A DNA stretch of 62,391 nt, taken from positions 1-62,391 of the IMG/VR virus record IMGVR_UViG_3300025392_000672; one strand, given 5' to 3'. The stretch comes from a virus (Duplodnaviria; Caudoviricetes). The position numbers and the translations under genes were made by a program. The notes under the pieces are model-generated. The model saw nothing but the letters and a program-made list of their open reading frames with translations, searched no databases and was not told where the DNA came from. The number at the start of each line of letters is the position of its first letter. The first letter of the stretch is position 1. This document shows positions 38,989 through 48,905 of the stretch, piece by piece.

Positions 38989-40821
38989 ATGGCAATAGTA
39001 AAAAGAATTACAAAAGGTTCTCCGATTACAGCAACGGAGATGGATGGGAATTTAACAATTTTAGAAACCGCATCAAGCTCACTTAATGTAATTGCGGGCG
39101 AACTTAATACATTATCCGCATCTTACGCAACAAACACTACCTTAACTGGTACTTTAAATGGTACTTTTACAGGTAGTGTTTTCATTTCAGGTAGTAATAC
39201 TACATTACAATTTGACAACATAGCAACTGACAATTCTACAAATGAATTTTTAGTTTATAATCCATCAACCAAAATAGTTGGAATAACCACAAATGTTTCT
39301 GGTACTTCTGGTACAAGTGGACATGATGGTACATTCTTTGGTAGCAGTGGTACAAGTGGACATGATGGTACATTCTTTGGTAGCAGTGGTACAAGTGGAC
39401 ATGATGGCACATCGGGAACATCTGGAGCAGGTACATCTGGTACAAGCGGTACATCTGGAACAAGTGCCACATCGGGAACTTCAGGAACACATGGTTCATC
39501 GGGAACTTCTGGAATAAATGGTTCATCGGGAACTTCTGGAACAAGCGGTAGTAGTGGTGTAAATGGAAGTAGTGGCACATCTGCAACTTCTGGAACAAGT
39601 GGTACATCTGCAACTTCTGGTACAAGCGGTGTAAGTGGAAGTAGTGGTACTTCTGGAGCAAATGGTGATAAATTTGCATCAACTTCATCAACATCAATGA
39701 CAATTGGTTCTAGTGGTACTAGAAGTTTTACAATAGGAACTGGATTACAATGGACTCCAGCGCAAGAAATGTTAATATCATTTGATGCAAATGATTATAT
39801 GTTAGGCACAGTAACTTCATATAATAGTGGAACTGGAGCTGTATCTGTAAATTTAATATCATCTGTTGGTAGTGGTACATATATTTCTTGGAATATTAAT
39901 ACAATAGGAGCTCCTGGTCAAGCGGGTAGTGGTGGTACTTCTGGAACAAGCGGAAGTAGTGGTGTTAATGGTAGTAGTGGAGCAACGGGTTCATCCGGTT
40001 CTGCGGGTTCATCGGGCTCAACAGGTTCATCCGGCTCATCTGGAACATCAGGAGTTTCTGGAACAAGCGGTTCTTCTGGTAGTAATGGAATATCTGGCAC
40101 AAATGGTAGTGGTGGTACATCAGGTGTATCTGCTATTCCAATACCGGGAACAAGCGGAAGTGGTGGCACATCGGGAACTTCTGGAACATCTGGTTCGGGA
40201 ACATCTGGTACAAGCGGTTCGCATGGTACATCTGGAACATCCGGTCTAACTGGTTCAAGTGGTCCTGCTGGTGCAAATGGTTCATCTGGTACAAGTGGTG
40301 TGAGTGGTATCAAAGGAGCTGATGGTTCATCGGGTACATCTGGTACAAATGGTACAAGCGGAGTTGGTATAAATGGTACATCAGGAACTTCTGGTATTAG
40401 TGGAAATCCTGGTACATCTGGATTGAATGGAACAAATGGTACATCTGGTGTATCTGGTACAAGTGGCGTAGCTGGACAAGCAGGTTCTTCTGGAACAAGC
40501 GGAAGTAGTGGAGTATCTGCGCCAGCAGGAACTTCAGGAACTTCCGGTTCATCCGGTTTAAATGGTACATATAGCGTTAGTGGAACAACAATAGGTGGTG
40601 TGGTTACATTATCTAGCGCACTTCCAACGGCATTTGCATCAAATGCTACACTTACTTTTAATGGTGGGATATTAGCAAATACAGGCGTTAGTAGTTCTTT
40701 ACAATTTTCTCAATTAAGTGTGTTACCACCAACGGGCGGATTGATATCAACTAGTGTTTTAGCAGTATCTGGTTCGCATTTATACTTCTATAATGGAAGT
40801 AGTTGGGTTCAAGTAATTTAA
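38989..40821 (+). CDS. Gly-Ser-Thr triplet-repeat (collagen-like) fibre/virion surface protein
   Basis: Long (G-T/S-S)n tracts; N-terminal KGSPITATEMDGN virion-anchor-like motif; central beta domain; C-terminal LYFYNGSSW. Confidence 0.75.
   Translation: MAIVKRITKGSPITATEMDGNLTILETASSSLNVIAGELNTLSASYATNTTLTGTLNGTFTGSVFISGSNTTLQFDNIATDNSTNEFLVYNPSTKIVGITTNVSGTSGTSGHDGTFFGSSGTSGHDGTFFGSSGTSGHDGTSGTSGAGTSGTSGTSGTSATSGTSGTHGSSGTSGINGSSGTSGTSGSSGVNGSSGTSATSGTSGTSATSGTSGVSGSSGTSGANGDKFASTSSTSMTIGSSGTRSFTIGTGLQWTPAQEMLISFDANDYMLGTVTSYNSGTGAVSVNLISSVGSGTYISWNINTIGAPGQAGSGGTSGTSGSSGVNGSSGATGSSGSAGSSGSTGSSGSSGTSGVSGTSGSSGSNGISGTNGSGGTSGVSAIPIPGTSGSGGTSGTSGTSGSGTSGTSGSHGTSGTSGLTGSSGPAGANGSSGTSGVSGIKGADGSSGTSGTNGTSGVGINGTSGTSGISGNPGTSGLNGTNGTSGVSGTSGVAGQAGSSGTSGSSGVSAPAGTSGTSGSSGLNGTYSVSGTTIGGVVTLSSALPTAFASNATLTFNGGILANTGVSSSLQFSQLSVLPPTGGLISTSVLAVSGSHLYFYNGSSWVQVI
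39310..39407 (+). repeat. 39-bp tandem repeat, 2.5 copies (GTSGHDGTFFGSS)
   Basis: GGTACAAGTGGACATGATGGTACATTCTTTGGTAGCAGT at 39310 and 39349, partial at 39388. Confidence 0.9.
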
Positions 40822-40840
40822 TAACTTAAATTAAAAATAT

Positions 40841-40874
40841 AAATGGGTAGTTTAAAAAAAGCTACCCATTTTTT
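40841..40874 (+). terminator. Intrinsic terminator after the fibre gene
   Basis: AAATGGGTAGT...GCTACCCATTT followed by a T run. Confidence 0.75.
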
Positions 40875-40886
40875 GTGTTTTATCTA

Positions 40887-40917
40887 AAAACTTTATATTT
40901 ATATATACAAATATATT
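40887..40917. repeat. 31-bp exact repeat, copy 2
   Basis: Identical to 35489-35519; lies just upstream of the promoter at 40929. Confidence 0.8.
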
Positions 40918-40928
40918 ATTACACTTTA

Positions 40929-40960
40929 TTTGGTAAACTCAAAATAAAATCGTATATTTG
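40929..40960 (+). promoter_or_regulatory. Bacteroidota-type promoter for the glycan operon
   Basis: TTTG-N20-TATATTTG. Confidence 0.75.
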
Positions 40961-40976
40961 TAATAATTAAAAAGTT

Positions 40977-41609
40977 ATGGTGAATATTACTTACGCAATT
41001 ACGGTTTGTAACGAATTAGAAGAAATTACAAAACTAATCAATTTCTTACAACCAAGAATAGAATCGGATGATGAGATTCTAATACAATACGATTCAAATT
41101 CGGCAACTAGAGAAGTTACTGATTATCTTAGAATCCTTTCTCAATTACATAATTCAAATATCAAAGTTATTGAGTTTCCACTTAATAACGATTTTGCTTC
41201 TTTTAAGAATAATTTAAAAGATAATGCAAGTGGTATTTTTATTTTCCAAATTGATGCAGATGAAATACCATCTGAATATTTAGTAACTAATTTGCATGAA
41301 TTATTAGATTACAATAAAGATGTAGATTTATTCTTTGTACCTAGAGTTAATACCGTTGAAGGATTAACAAAAGAGCATATCCAAAAGTGGAGATGGCAAG
41401 TTAATGATAAGGGGTGGGTAAACTTTCCTGATTATCAAACTCGTTTATATAGAAGAACATCTGAAATTCGTTGGGAAGGTAAAGTACATGAAAGAATTGT
41501 AGGATATAATACATTATCAGTATTACCGCAAGAAGAAGATTTTTGTTTGTATCATCCAAAACAAATAGAAAGACAAGAAAAACAAAACGCATTTTATGAT
41601 ACAATCTAA
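40977..41609 (+). CDS. GT2-family glycosyltransferase
   Basis: ITVCNE, DFASFKN, IFQIDADE, PDYQTRLY, WEGKVHE. Confidence 0.88.
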   Translation: MVNITYAITVCNELEEITKLINFLQPRIESDDEILIQYDSNSATREVTDYLRILSQLHNSNIKVIEFPLNNDFASFKNNLKDNASGIFIFQIDADEIPSEYLVTNLHELLDYNKDVDLFFVPRVNTVEGLTKEHIQKWRWQVNDKGWVNFPDYQTRLYRRTSEIRWEGKVHERIVGYNTLSVLPQEEDFCLYHPKQIERQEKQNAFYDTI

Positions 41610-42603
41610 AATAGCTTTCTTAACTGAAATGGGGTTTGATGGGAAAGTTCCAGCCAATTACCCAAATATGAGAACTGAATTTGCTTGGATGCATGCTTTA
41701 GATGCAGACCATTTTAATATTCATTTATTTGGAAGTGATAAAAGATTAACGGGATATGACCACGTCTTTATTATATTTCCAAAAGGTAAAACATTTTTAA
41801 GTTCCGAAGGTAGTCAATTAGTTCAGGGATTAAATCCATTTTCTGAATTATTACAACAACCAATAGTTGAAAGAATAAAAAAAAATGGAAATGGAAATGT
41901 ACACTATGTGCAAGAAGGACCTCATTGGTGGTATAATGATTATTCTGTAACTGACCAAATACATTTTTTCAATTTTTTACAAAGTTGTGATTCAATCTTT
42001 ACACATAATGGAAGTGATACAATTTACTATAAAGGATTGTTTCCAAATAAACCTGTAAGACCTATTGGTACATTAATGATTGATACTTTAATCAAAGATA
42101 TAGTACCTACAAAAGAAGATAAAGCAATTATAGGTGGTAACTTTGCAAGATGGTATGGTGGATTTGAAAGTTATATGATAGCTGGAAATTTTGAAGTTCC
42201 TATTTGGGCTCAAACATCACATGCTATGAGACCTTATGAAAATAGTATGGATAATCTACATCATTTACCAAGACTGATGTGGAATGATTGGATGAAAGAA
42301 TTATCAACATTCAAATACGGAGTACATATGATGCCAACGGTAGCAGCAGGTACATTCGCTTTAAATTGTGCATACTTTGGAATCCCTTGTATTGGTAATA
42401 TGGATGTAGATACTCAAATGGGTTGCCATACATCATTATCAGTTATGGTGCATGATTTGGAAAGTGCTAGAGAATTAGCAATACAATTAAAAGAAGATGA
42501 TAAGTTTTATAATGAATGTTCAGAAATGGCAAAGGCTAATTATGAAATGTTCTTCTCACAAAAAGCTTGGACAGAAAGAATTAAAAACGAATTAGGTATA
42601 TGA
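41596..42603 (+). CDS. Putative GT-B glycosyltransferase
   Basis: AAGTFALNCAYFGIPCIG C-terminal GT-B-like motif; cluster context. Confidence 0.55.
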   Translation: MIQSKIAFLTEMGFDGKVPANYPNMRTEFAWMHALDADHFNIHLFGSDKRLTGYDHVFIIFPKGKTFLSSEGSQLVQGLNPFSELLQQPIVERIKKNGNGNVHYVQEGPHWWYNDYSVTDQIHFFNFLQSCDSIFTHNGSDTIYYKGLFPNKPVRPIGTLMIDTLIKDIVPTKEDKAIIGGNFARWYGGFESYMIAGNFEVPIWAQTSHAMRPYENSMDNLHHLPRLMWNDWMKELSTFKYGVHMMPTVAAGTFALNCAYFGIPCIGNMDVDTQMGCHTSLSVMVHDLESARELAIQLKEDDKFYNECSEMAKANYEMFFSQKAWTERIKNELGI

Positions 42604-43370
42604 TAACAGTTATATTAAATGGTTACAAAAGAGGAGCTAATTTGCAGGAGCAATTAGATGCCTTAAAAAATCAAACATTACCACCGGATGAAATACTGGT
42701 ATGGTATAATAATCCTGGTGATAATGATTTGATTAATTATGATATTGGTACGGAAGTTCCTATTGCCTATTGTAATTACAACTTTGGTGTATGGGCAAGA
42801 TTTTACTTTGCTATGAATGCAAAGAATCCATACATTTGTGTATTTGATGATGATACAATTCCTGGTAAAAAATGGTTAGAGAATTGTATGAACACAATGA
42901 AAGAGAAAGAAGGATTATTAGGAACGGTAGGATTACTTTACTTAAATCCATTACCACCAGAACATTCATCTTACTATGAACACTATTTAAGATTCGGTTG
43001 GCCTGAAAGTGGTAACAACGATAAGACTGTTGAAGTTGATTTAGTTGGACATAGTTGGTTTTTTAAGAAAGAATGGTTATCAATTATGGTAAGAGAATTG
43101 CCTGACCCTAAGTATAACACTTGTGGTGAGGATATGCATTTTTCATATATGTTACAAAAGTATGCTGGTATTAAAACATATGTACCACCACATCCTCGTT
43201 CTGATATGGAAATGTGGGGAAGTACTAAAGGAGCAACTTATGGTGGTGATGCTAATTCACTATGGGAATCGAATCAAAGAAGTAATGAAGGTGTACCATT
43301 CAAACAATTGATGAATCAATATTTTAACGAACAAAGAAAAAAAGGTTGGAAATTAGTAAATGAAAAATAA
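42600..43370 (+). CDS. GT-A glycosyltransferase
   Basis: ITVILNGYKR, CVFDDD (DxD), CGEDMHFS. Confidence 0.8.
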   Translation: MITVILNGYKRGANLQEQLDALKNQTLPPDEILVWYNNPGDNDLINYDIGTEVPIAYCNYNFGVWARFYFAMNAKNPYICVFDDDTIPGKKWLENCMNTMKEKEGLLGTVGLLYLNPLPPEHSSYYEHYLRFGWPESGNNDKTVEVDLVGHSWFFKKEWLSIMVRELPDPKYNTCGEDMHFSYMLQKYAGIKTYVPPHPRSDMEMWGSTKGATYGGDANSLWESNQRSNEGVPFKQLMNQYFNEQRKKGWKLVNEK

Positions 43371-44364
43371 ACCACTATTAATATGTTTTGGGACTAGACC
43401 CGAATGGTTAAAGATAAAGCCTTTAATCAAATTGATGGACCGTAGTGAATATAAATTATTTTTTACAGGTCAACATCCTGATTTACTTAAAGAAGTAGAA
43501 GTAGATTACAAAGCATTTATTGCAGAAGATAAATTATTCAATAGATTAGATGAAGTAGTAAAGGGATGTTTAGATTTACCCGATGGAGATTTTAGAGGAG
43601 TATTAGTGCAAGGTGATACGGCATCTGCTTTTGCTTGTGCATTAGGAGCTTATCATAGAGGGTGGAGAATCTATTACTTAGAAGCAGGATTGAGAAGTAA
43701 GAGTTTAAAACACCCATACCCAGAAGAAGGATATAGACAAATGATAGCTCGTATAGCTGATGTAAACTTTGCACCCACACATGCATCATTGGTAAATCTA
43801 TTTGAAGAAAAATGTTTAGGTGATGCTTGGTTAGTTGGTAACACTGTTTTAGATAACTTAGTGGATTTACCAGAACCTACTTATGGAAACAAAGTATTAG
43901 TTACTTTACATCGTAGAGAAAATCATCCTATAATGCATGAATGGTTTAAAGAAGTAAATGATTTGGCAATACAATATCCAGAATTAGAATTTATACTACC
44001 AATACATCCAAATCCAAATGTACAAAAACATAGAGATTTACTAACAAATGTTAATGTGGTAGAACCACTTTCACATGATGAACTAATAGCTATCCTATTG
44101 GAATGTAAGTTGGTAATAAGTGATAGTGGTGGAATACAAGAAGAAGCATCTTTTCTTAATAAGAAAGTAATTGTTTGTAGAGAAGTAACCGAAAGACCGG
44201 AAGCAATTTATACAGGTCATTTACATCTTTGTAAAACAACGGATAAGTTAAAAGATTTATTTGTTACTTTAGAAAAAGATTCGTATATTTGTAAAGATTG
44301 TCCATATGGAGATGGGCATGCGGCTGAACATATTAAAAAGTTATTAGATGCAGAAAACATTTAG
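43360..44364 (+). CDS. wecB: UDP-N-acetylglucosamine 2-epimerase (non-hydrolysing)
   Basis: GTRPE, TGQH, VQGDT, EAGLRS, PEE, HRREN, HPNP, SDSGGIQEEA, TERPE, PYGDG. Confidence 0.93.
   Translation: MKNKPLLICFGTRPEWLKIKPLIKLMDRSEYKLFFTGQHPDLLKEVEVDYKAFIAEDKLFNRLDEVVKGCLDLPDGDFRGVLVQGDTASAFACALGAYHRGWRIYYLEAGLRSKSLKHPYPEEGYRQMIARIADVNFAPTHASLVNLFEEKCLGDAWLVGNTVLDNLVDLPEPTYGNKVLVTLHRRENHPIMHEWFKEVNDLAIQYPELEFILPIHPNPNVQKHRDLLTNVNVVEPLSHDELIAILLECKLVISDSGGIQEEASFLNKKVIVCREVTERPEAIYTGHLHLCKTTDKLKDLFVTLEKDSYICKDCPYGDGHAAEHIKKLLDAENI
44260..44291 (+). promoter_or_regulatory. Internal Bacteroidota-type promoter within the 3' end of wecB
   Basis: TTTG-N20-TATATTTG with the TCG prefix seen in other copies. 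Confidence 0.55.
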
Positions 44365-45127
44365 AGGAGATTTTATTAAATTAACTGAAAAAATTAGAAG
44401 TGGTGAAAACTTTGCATTTGCTAGATATTCTGATGGTGAGTTATATATCTTACAAAATAAAGAATTAGTTTTAGATAAAGGATTAATACAAATTGGTGAT
44501 AAAAAGCAAGGAGGATTTTACCAACCTGCTGATTTCAAACATTATGACCCAAAAGAACATGGATTCTATCAACAAAAGTTAGTAGAAGCATATCAACATA
44601 GACAACCAAATTATTACAAAGGTATTAGTTGTAGTTGTTGTGTTGGTAAGGAAGCATTTGATTGGCAAGTTGATTTACATGGTGGTGATGATGAAAGTTT
44701 AACTTGGGCTAACTTATGGGTTAATGGAAACTATCCCGCGTTTATAATGAATACACTTCCAATTTTTTATAGTAAGTATTGTGTATTTGTTGGACATGAA
44801 AGCGCAGATATATCAAAGTTACCATTTATAGTAAAAGATTTTAGAGTAGGATATAACGCAATGATAAATGATTATGGAAAAATTGAAACAATCAAACAAT
44901 GGATTAGAGAGAACAATATTAAGAATCATTTATTCTTATTCTCAGCTTCAACATTCTCTAATTTGGCAATATACGAATTATTCAGAGAGTTCCCTGATAA
45001 TTCCTATGTTGATATTGGAACTTGCCTTACACCAATGATGAGCATGCCAACCGAAAGAGGTTACTTAAAGGCATTTTGGAATTACACAGGCGGACAAGAC
45101 ATTCAAAAAATATGTATATGGAATTAG
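44348..45127 (+). CDS. GT-D/DUF1792-like glycosyltransferase
   Basis: FARYSDGE N-terminal motif and YVDIG C-terminal motif. Confidence 0.6.
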   Translation: MQKTFRGDFIKLTEKIRSGENFAFARYSDGELYILQNKELVLDKGLIQIGDKKQGGFYQPADFKHYDPKEHGFYQQKLVEAYQHRQPNYYKGISCSCCVGKEAFDWQVDLHGGDDESLTWANLWVNGNYPAFIMNTLPIFYSKYCVFVGHESADISKLPFIVKDFRVGYNAMINDYGKIETIKQWIRENNIKNHLFLFSASTFSNLAIYELFREFPDNSYVDIGTCLTPMMSMPTERGYLKAFWNYTGGQDIQKICIWN

Positions 45128-45498
45128 TAAATTGCAGTAGTGAATACTGGGAGTTCGTAAGAGAACTAAGAATGGATGATAGAGTTATTAGTGGTTTTAT
45201 TAAAACTACTCCAATAACAACCGAACAACAGATAAATTATATGAACAAATTTTCTGATTGTTATAGAATAGCATTAGTTGATGGAAAGCCGGCTGGATAC
45301 ATTGGTGTTATTGAAGATGATATTAGAGTTTGTACACATCCTGATTTTCAAAAATTGGGTGTTGGTAAATTTATGATAGATGAAGCTATGAAGATATGGC
45401 CAACGGCTGAAGGCAAAGTTAAAATAGATAATGAAGCAAGTATGAATCTTTTCAAATCTTGTGGATTTAAAGAAGCTTATATAATATTTAAAAAATAA
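45118..45498 (+). CDS. GNAT N-acetyltransferase (PseH-like)
   Basis: ELRMD..V, HPDFQKLGVG, NEASMNLFKSCGF; ATG 45118 preferred. Confidence 0.8.
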   Translation: MELVNCSSEYWEFVRELRMDDRVISGFIKTTPITTEQQINYMNKFSDCYRIALVDGKPAGYIGVIEDDIRVCTHPDFQKLGVGKFMIDEAMKIWPTAEGKVKIDNEASMNLFKSCGFKEAYIIFKK

Positions 45499-45501
45499 AT
45501 T

Positions 45502-46128
45502 ATGTTACACAATCCTTACAAAATCGTTAGAATGTTTGAGGAAGAAATTGCTAACTACACTGGAGCACCATACGCAGTATCGGTTGATAGTTGTACAAAT
45601 GCATTATTTCTTATATGCAAGTATTTGGAAGTAAAAGAAGTTACGATACCTTCTCAAACTTATTTATCAGTACCTCAATCAATTATCCATGCGGGTGGTG
45701 AAGTAGTGTTTGATAAAAGACCAGAAACAAATCATTGGAGAGGAATATATCAATTGAAACCATATCCGATTTATGATGCAGCTAAGAGGCTTACAAGCAA
45801 TATGTACATACCTGGTTCATTCATGTCACTTTCATTTCATATCAAAAAACAATTACCAATTTGGAAAGGTGGTATGATATTAACTGATTCAGAAGAAGCA
45901 GTAGAGTGGTTTATGAAAGCTAGATACGAAGGAAGAAGTCAGAAGTTTTATAAAGAAGATGATATTACATTTAACGGATGGAATATGTATATGACTCCTC
46001 AGCAAGCAGCACATGGATTAGCATTATTTCAAAACTATCCAATTAATAAAGAAGACCAGGGTGAGTTAAATGGTTATAGAGATTTAACTGAGTTCACTGT
46101 ATTTAAAGATTGTAAAACAATAGAATAA
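45502..46128 (+). CDS. Short DegT/DnrJ-family PLP sugar aminotransferase
   Basis: FEEEIANYTGAPYAVSVDSCTNAL, IYDAA, SFHIKK...GGMILTD, GWNMYM; only 208 aa. Confidence 0.8.
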   Translation: MLHNPYKIVRMFEEEIANYTGAPYAVSVDSCTNALFLICKYLEVKEVTIPSQTYLSVPQSIIHAGGEVVFDKRPETNHWRGIYQLKPYPIYDAAKRLTSNMYIPGSFMSLSFHIKKQLPIWKGGMILTDSEEAVEWFMKARYEGRSQKFYKEDDITFNGWNMYMTPQQAAHGLALFQNYPINKEDQGELNGYRDLTEFTVFKDCKTIE

Positions 46129-46859
46129 TGAAGATAGCACTTTGTTTACATGGATTGTTTAATTCAACTCAAGATTCAACTTCAAACGGATTTGAGGGTT
46201 ATCAACATATTAAAAAACATATACTTGATAAAGGAGATGTTGATGTGTTTATTCATAGTTGGGAGCCTGATAAAAAAGATTTGATTGAAGGTATGTATAA
46301 TCCAAAAGTAGCTATTTTTGAAGAACAAAAAGATTTTATGGGATTAGTTGTTGATAGGGGATTGTATAATTTACAAGGATGTCCTCGTTCACCACAATCA
46401 GTACTTTCTCATTTATATAGTGTGACTGAAGTTATGAAGTTACCACATAAACAAACTGGTGTTAAGTATGATATCATTATTAAAGCCCGTTTTGATTTGG
46501 GAAGAATAAATAGAAATACATCTGGACCGCATAACCAAACTAATCTATTTCCAGTTCAATGTATCAACTTTCAAACTGATATAGAATCTGATAAAATTTA
46601 TATGGCTAATTGGAATCATTTTAATATGGGACCAGCTGATATGTGGTTTTATGGTTCACCAAATGTTATGGTTGAGTTTACAACATTATATAACTTTTTA
46701 GAAGAGCAAATGCATATACATTCTGATTTTCATAGATTCGCAACAGCAATAGAAGGAAACGAAGGAGATTTATCAAATGCAATTGCATTCTATAAATGGT
46801 GGATGATAAAAAATGGTTTATGGGAAAACAGAATAAATTTAGATACAATATGGGAGTAG
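46128..46859 (+). CDS. Putative glycosyltransferase-like protein (MKIALC..G family)
   Basis: MKIALCLHG, DVFIHSW, YDIIIKARFD, D.WFYG. Confidence 0.55.
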   Translation: MKIALCLHGLFNSTQDSTSNGFEGYQHIKKHILDKGDVDVFIHSWEPDKKDLIEGMYNPKVAIFEEQKDFMGLVVDRGLYNLQGCPRSPQSVLSHLYSVTEVMKLPHKQTGVKYDIIIKARFDLGRINRNTSGPHNQTNLFPVQCINFQTDIESDKIYMANWNHFNMGPADMWFYGSPNVMVEFTTLYNFLEEQMHIHSDFHRFATAIEGNEGDLSNAIAFYKWWMIKNGLWENRINLDTIWE

Positions 46860-47539
46860 TAGTAATTTATACACATACTGATATGAAAGATGTGTGGGTG
46901 CCTTTTTTCGGACAAATGAAAAAATATATGTCAAACTATAAGACATATGTTTGTGTTAATAGCAAATCAGATGAAATACCATCCGATTATATTCAGATTT
47001 ATTATGATGATACTAAATCATATACTGAAAGATTGGTAGAAGCTCTTTCTCAGATAGAAGAAGAAGTTATTTTATTTACACACGAAGATATGATTTTATT
47101 TAATGAACCTAATTACGAATATTTGGATAAATATTTTAGTTATGTTACTGATAAAAAATTAGATAGTATTAAGTTAATATATGCAGGTGAGGGTGGAATT
47201 AAATCGGAGATAGATGATACACTAGTTATAAACGATTATTCTAAATTTTCTATTCAACCAACTATTATAACAAAGAAAATTATAATAGATATTGCATATG
47301 GATTGGGTTCTAAAACTATTTGGGAAATGGAAGAATCAATAGTAGGTAGCGGTATGGATTTCTCAGCTAGATTAGGAAACGAAAAGAAAAGAGGTTATTA
47401 TCATTATGATAGTTTTGTTTATCCTTATGTAGCAACTGCTATTAATAAAGGTAAATGGAACTTTACAGAATATCAAAAAGAATTAGATGTTCTTTTTACT
47501 GAATATAATATAAACCCATTTGAAAGAGGAATAGTATAA
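46850..47539 (+). CDS. Putative GT-A-like protein
   Basis: ILFTHEDMIL, SIQPTI, IWEME, AINKGKW; ATG 46850 preferred. Confidence 0.5.
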   Translation: MGVVVIYTHTDMKDVWVPFFGQMKKYMSNYKTYVCVNSKSDEIPSDYIQIYYDDTKSYTERLVEALSQIEEEVILFTHEDMILFNEPNYEYLDKYFSYVTDKKLDSIKLIYAGEGGIKSEIDDTLVINDYSKFSIQPTIITKKIIIDIAYGLGSKTIWEMEESIVGSGMDFSARLGNEKKRGYYHYDSFVYPYVATAINKGKWNFTEYQKELDVLFTEYNINPFERGIV

Positions 47540-47540
47540 T

Positions 47541-48905
47541 ATGACAAAATTAATAATATTTGATTTAGATGGTGTATTGGTTGAAGCCAAACAAATACAC
47601 TACGATACATTAAACCAAGCTCTTAAAGAAGTTGGTGAGAAATATGTAATTTCAGAAGCAGAGCATCTATCAACGTATGATGGATTAAAGACAACACAAA
47701 AGTTGGAAATGCTTACAAAGAACAAAGGATTATCTTCTGAATTTTATAATACCATTTGGTTTAGAAAGCAACATCTAACAATTGAAGCTATTTCACAATT
47801 ACAACCTGATTTAAGATTAATTGAGGTATTTAAACAATTGAGAGATATGGGATATAAATTGGCATGTGCTTCAAACTCAATTAGAAGGTCTGTATTGGTT
47901 ATGTTGGCTAAGATAGGTATAATTGAGTATATGGACTTAATCATCTCTAATGAGGATGTAAAGAACAGCAAACCACATCCTGAAATGTATTGGAAGGCTA
48001 TGAGTATGATGGGATGTTTGCCCGAAGAAACCCTAATTGTGGAAGATTCTCCACATGGTTTATTAGCAGCTAGTAGAAGTAGAGCTAATGTATTAAGAGT
48101 GGATAACCCACATGATTTGACATTAGAAAAAATAGAAAACAAATTAAACGAAAATAAAGGTATGAGTATTCCAAAATGGCAAGGTGGTAAGATGAATGTT
48201 CTTATCCCAATGGCTGGAGCTGGAAGTAGATTTCAGGCAGCAGGTTACACTTTCCCTAAACCATTAATTGATGTGGAAGGTAAACCAATGATTCAGGTTG
48301 TAGTAGATAACTTAAACATAGATGCTACATTTATTTATGTAGTTCAAACGGCACATAGAGAACAATATAACTTAGATACTTTATTAAACTTAATAACTCC
48401 TAATTGTAAGATTGTAGAAGTAGATGGTTTAACGGAAGGAGCAGCTTGTACAACTTTATTAGCAAAAGAATTTATTGATTCGGATGCTCCATTACTTATG
48501 GCAAACTCTGACCAATTTTTAGAGTGGGATAGTAATGAGTTTATGTATAAGATGTTAGAACAAAAAGTTGATGGTGGCATTCTATCATTCCATTCAACCC
48601 ACCCAAAATGGTCATTCGCTAAAGTGGATGAATATGGTTATGTGACTGAAGTAGCAGAGAAGAAACCAATTTCGGATATAGCAACTGTTGGTGTTTATTA
48701 TTGGGCTAAGGGTTCTGATTATGTAAAGTATGCAGAACAAATGATTGATAAAAATATTAGAGTTAATAATGAGTTCTATGTTTGTCCTGTTTACAATGAA
48801 GCAATATCAGATGGTAAAAAAATTAAAACATTTAACATTGAAAAAATGTGGGGATTAGGAACTCCAGAAGATTTAAAATATTATTTAGAGAATTATGGAA
48901 AATAA
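47541..48905 (+). CDS. HAD phosphatase fused to a sugar-phosphate nucleotidyltransferase
   Basis: N-terminal FDLDGVL, ASNS, KPHPE, VEDS..G; C-terminal IPMAGAGSRF...PKPLI, EGAACT, ANSDQ, EKKPIS, GLGTPEDL. Confidence 0.88.
   Translation: MTKLIIFDLDGVLVEAKQIHYDTLNQALKEVGEKYVISEAEHLSTYDGLKTTQKLEMLTKNKGLSSEFYNTIWFRKQHLTIEAISQLQPDLRLIEVFKQLRDMGYKLACASNSIRRSVLVMLAKIGIIEYMDLIISNEDVKNSKPHPEMYWKAMSMMGCLPEETLIVEDSPHGLLAASRSRANVLRVDNPHDLTLEKIENKLNENKGMSIPKWQGGKMNVLIPMAGAGSRFQAAGYTFPKPLIDVEGKPMIQVVVDNLNIDATFIYVVQTAHREQYNLDTLLNLITPNCKIVEVDGLTEGAACTTLLAKEFIDSDAPLLMANSDQFLEWDSNEFMYKMLEQKVDGGILSFHSTHPKWSFAKVDEYGYVTEVAEKKPISDIATVGVYYWAKGSDYVKYAEQMIDKNIRVNNEFYVCPVYNEAISDGKKIKTFNIEKMWGLGTPEDLKYYLENYGK

Noticed and set aside
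39236-40313. Minus-strand and alternate-frame ORFs inside the fibre gene (Pro/Val- and His/Gln-rich)
   Set aside because: They are shadows of the triplet repeat and have no independent expression signals.
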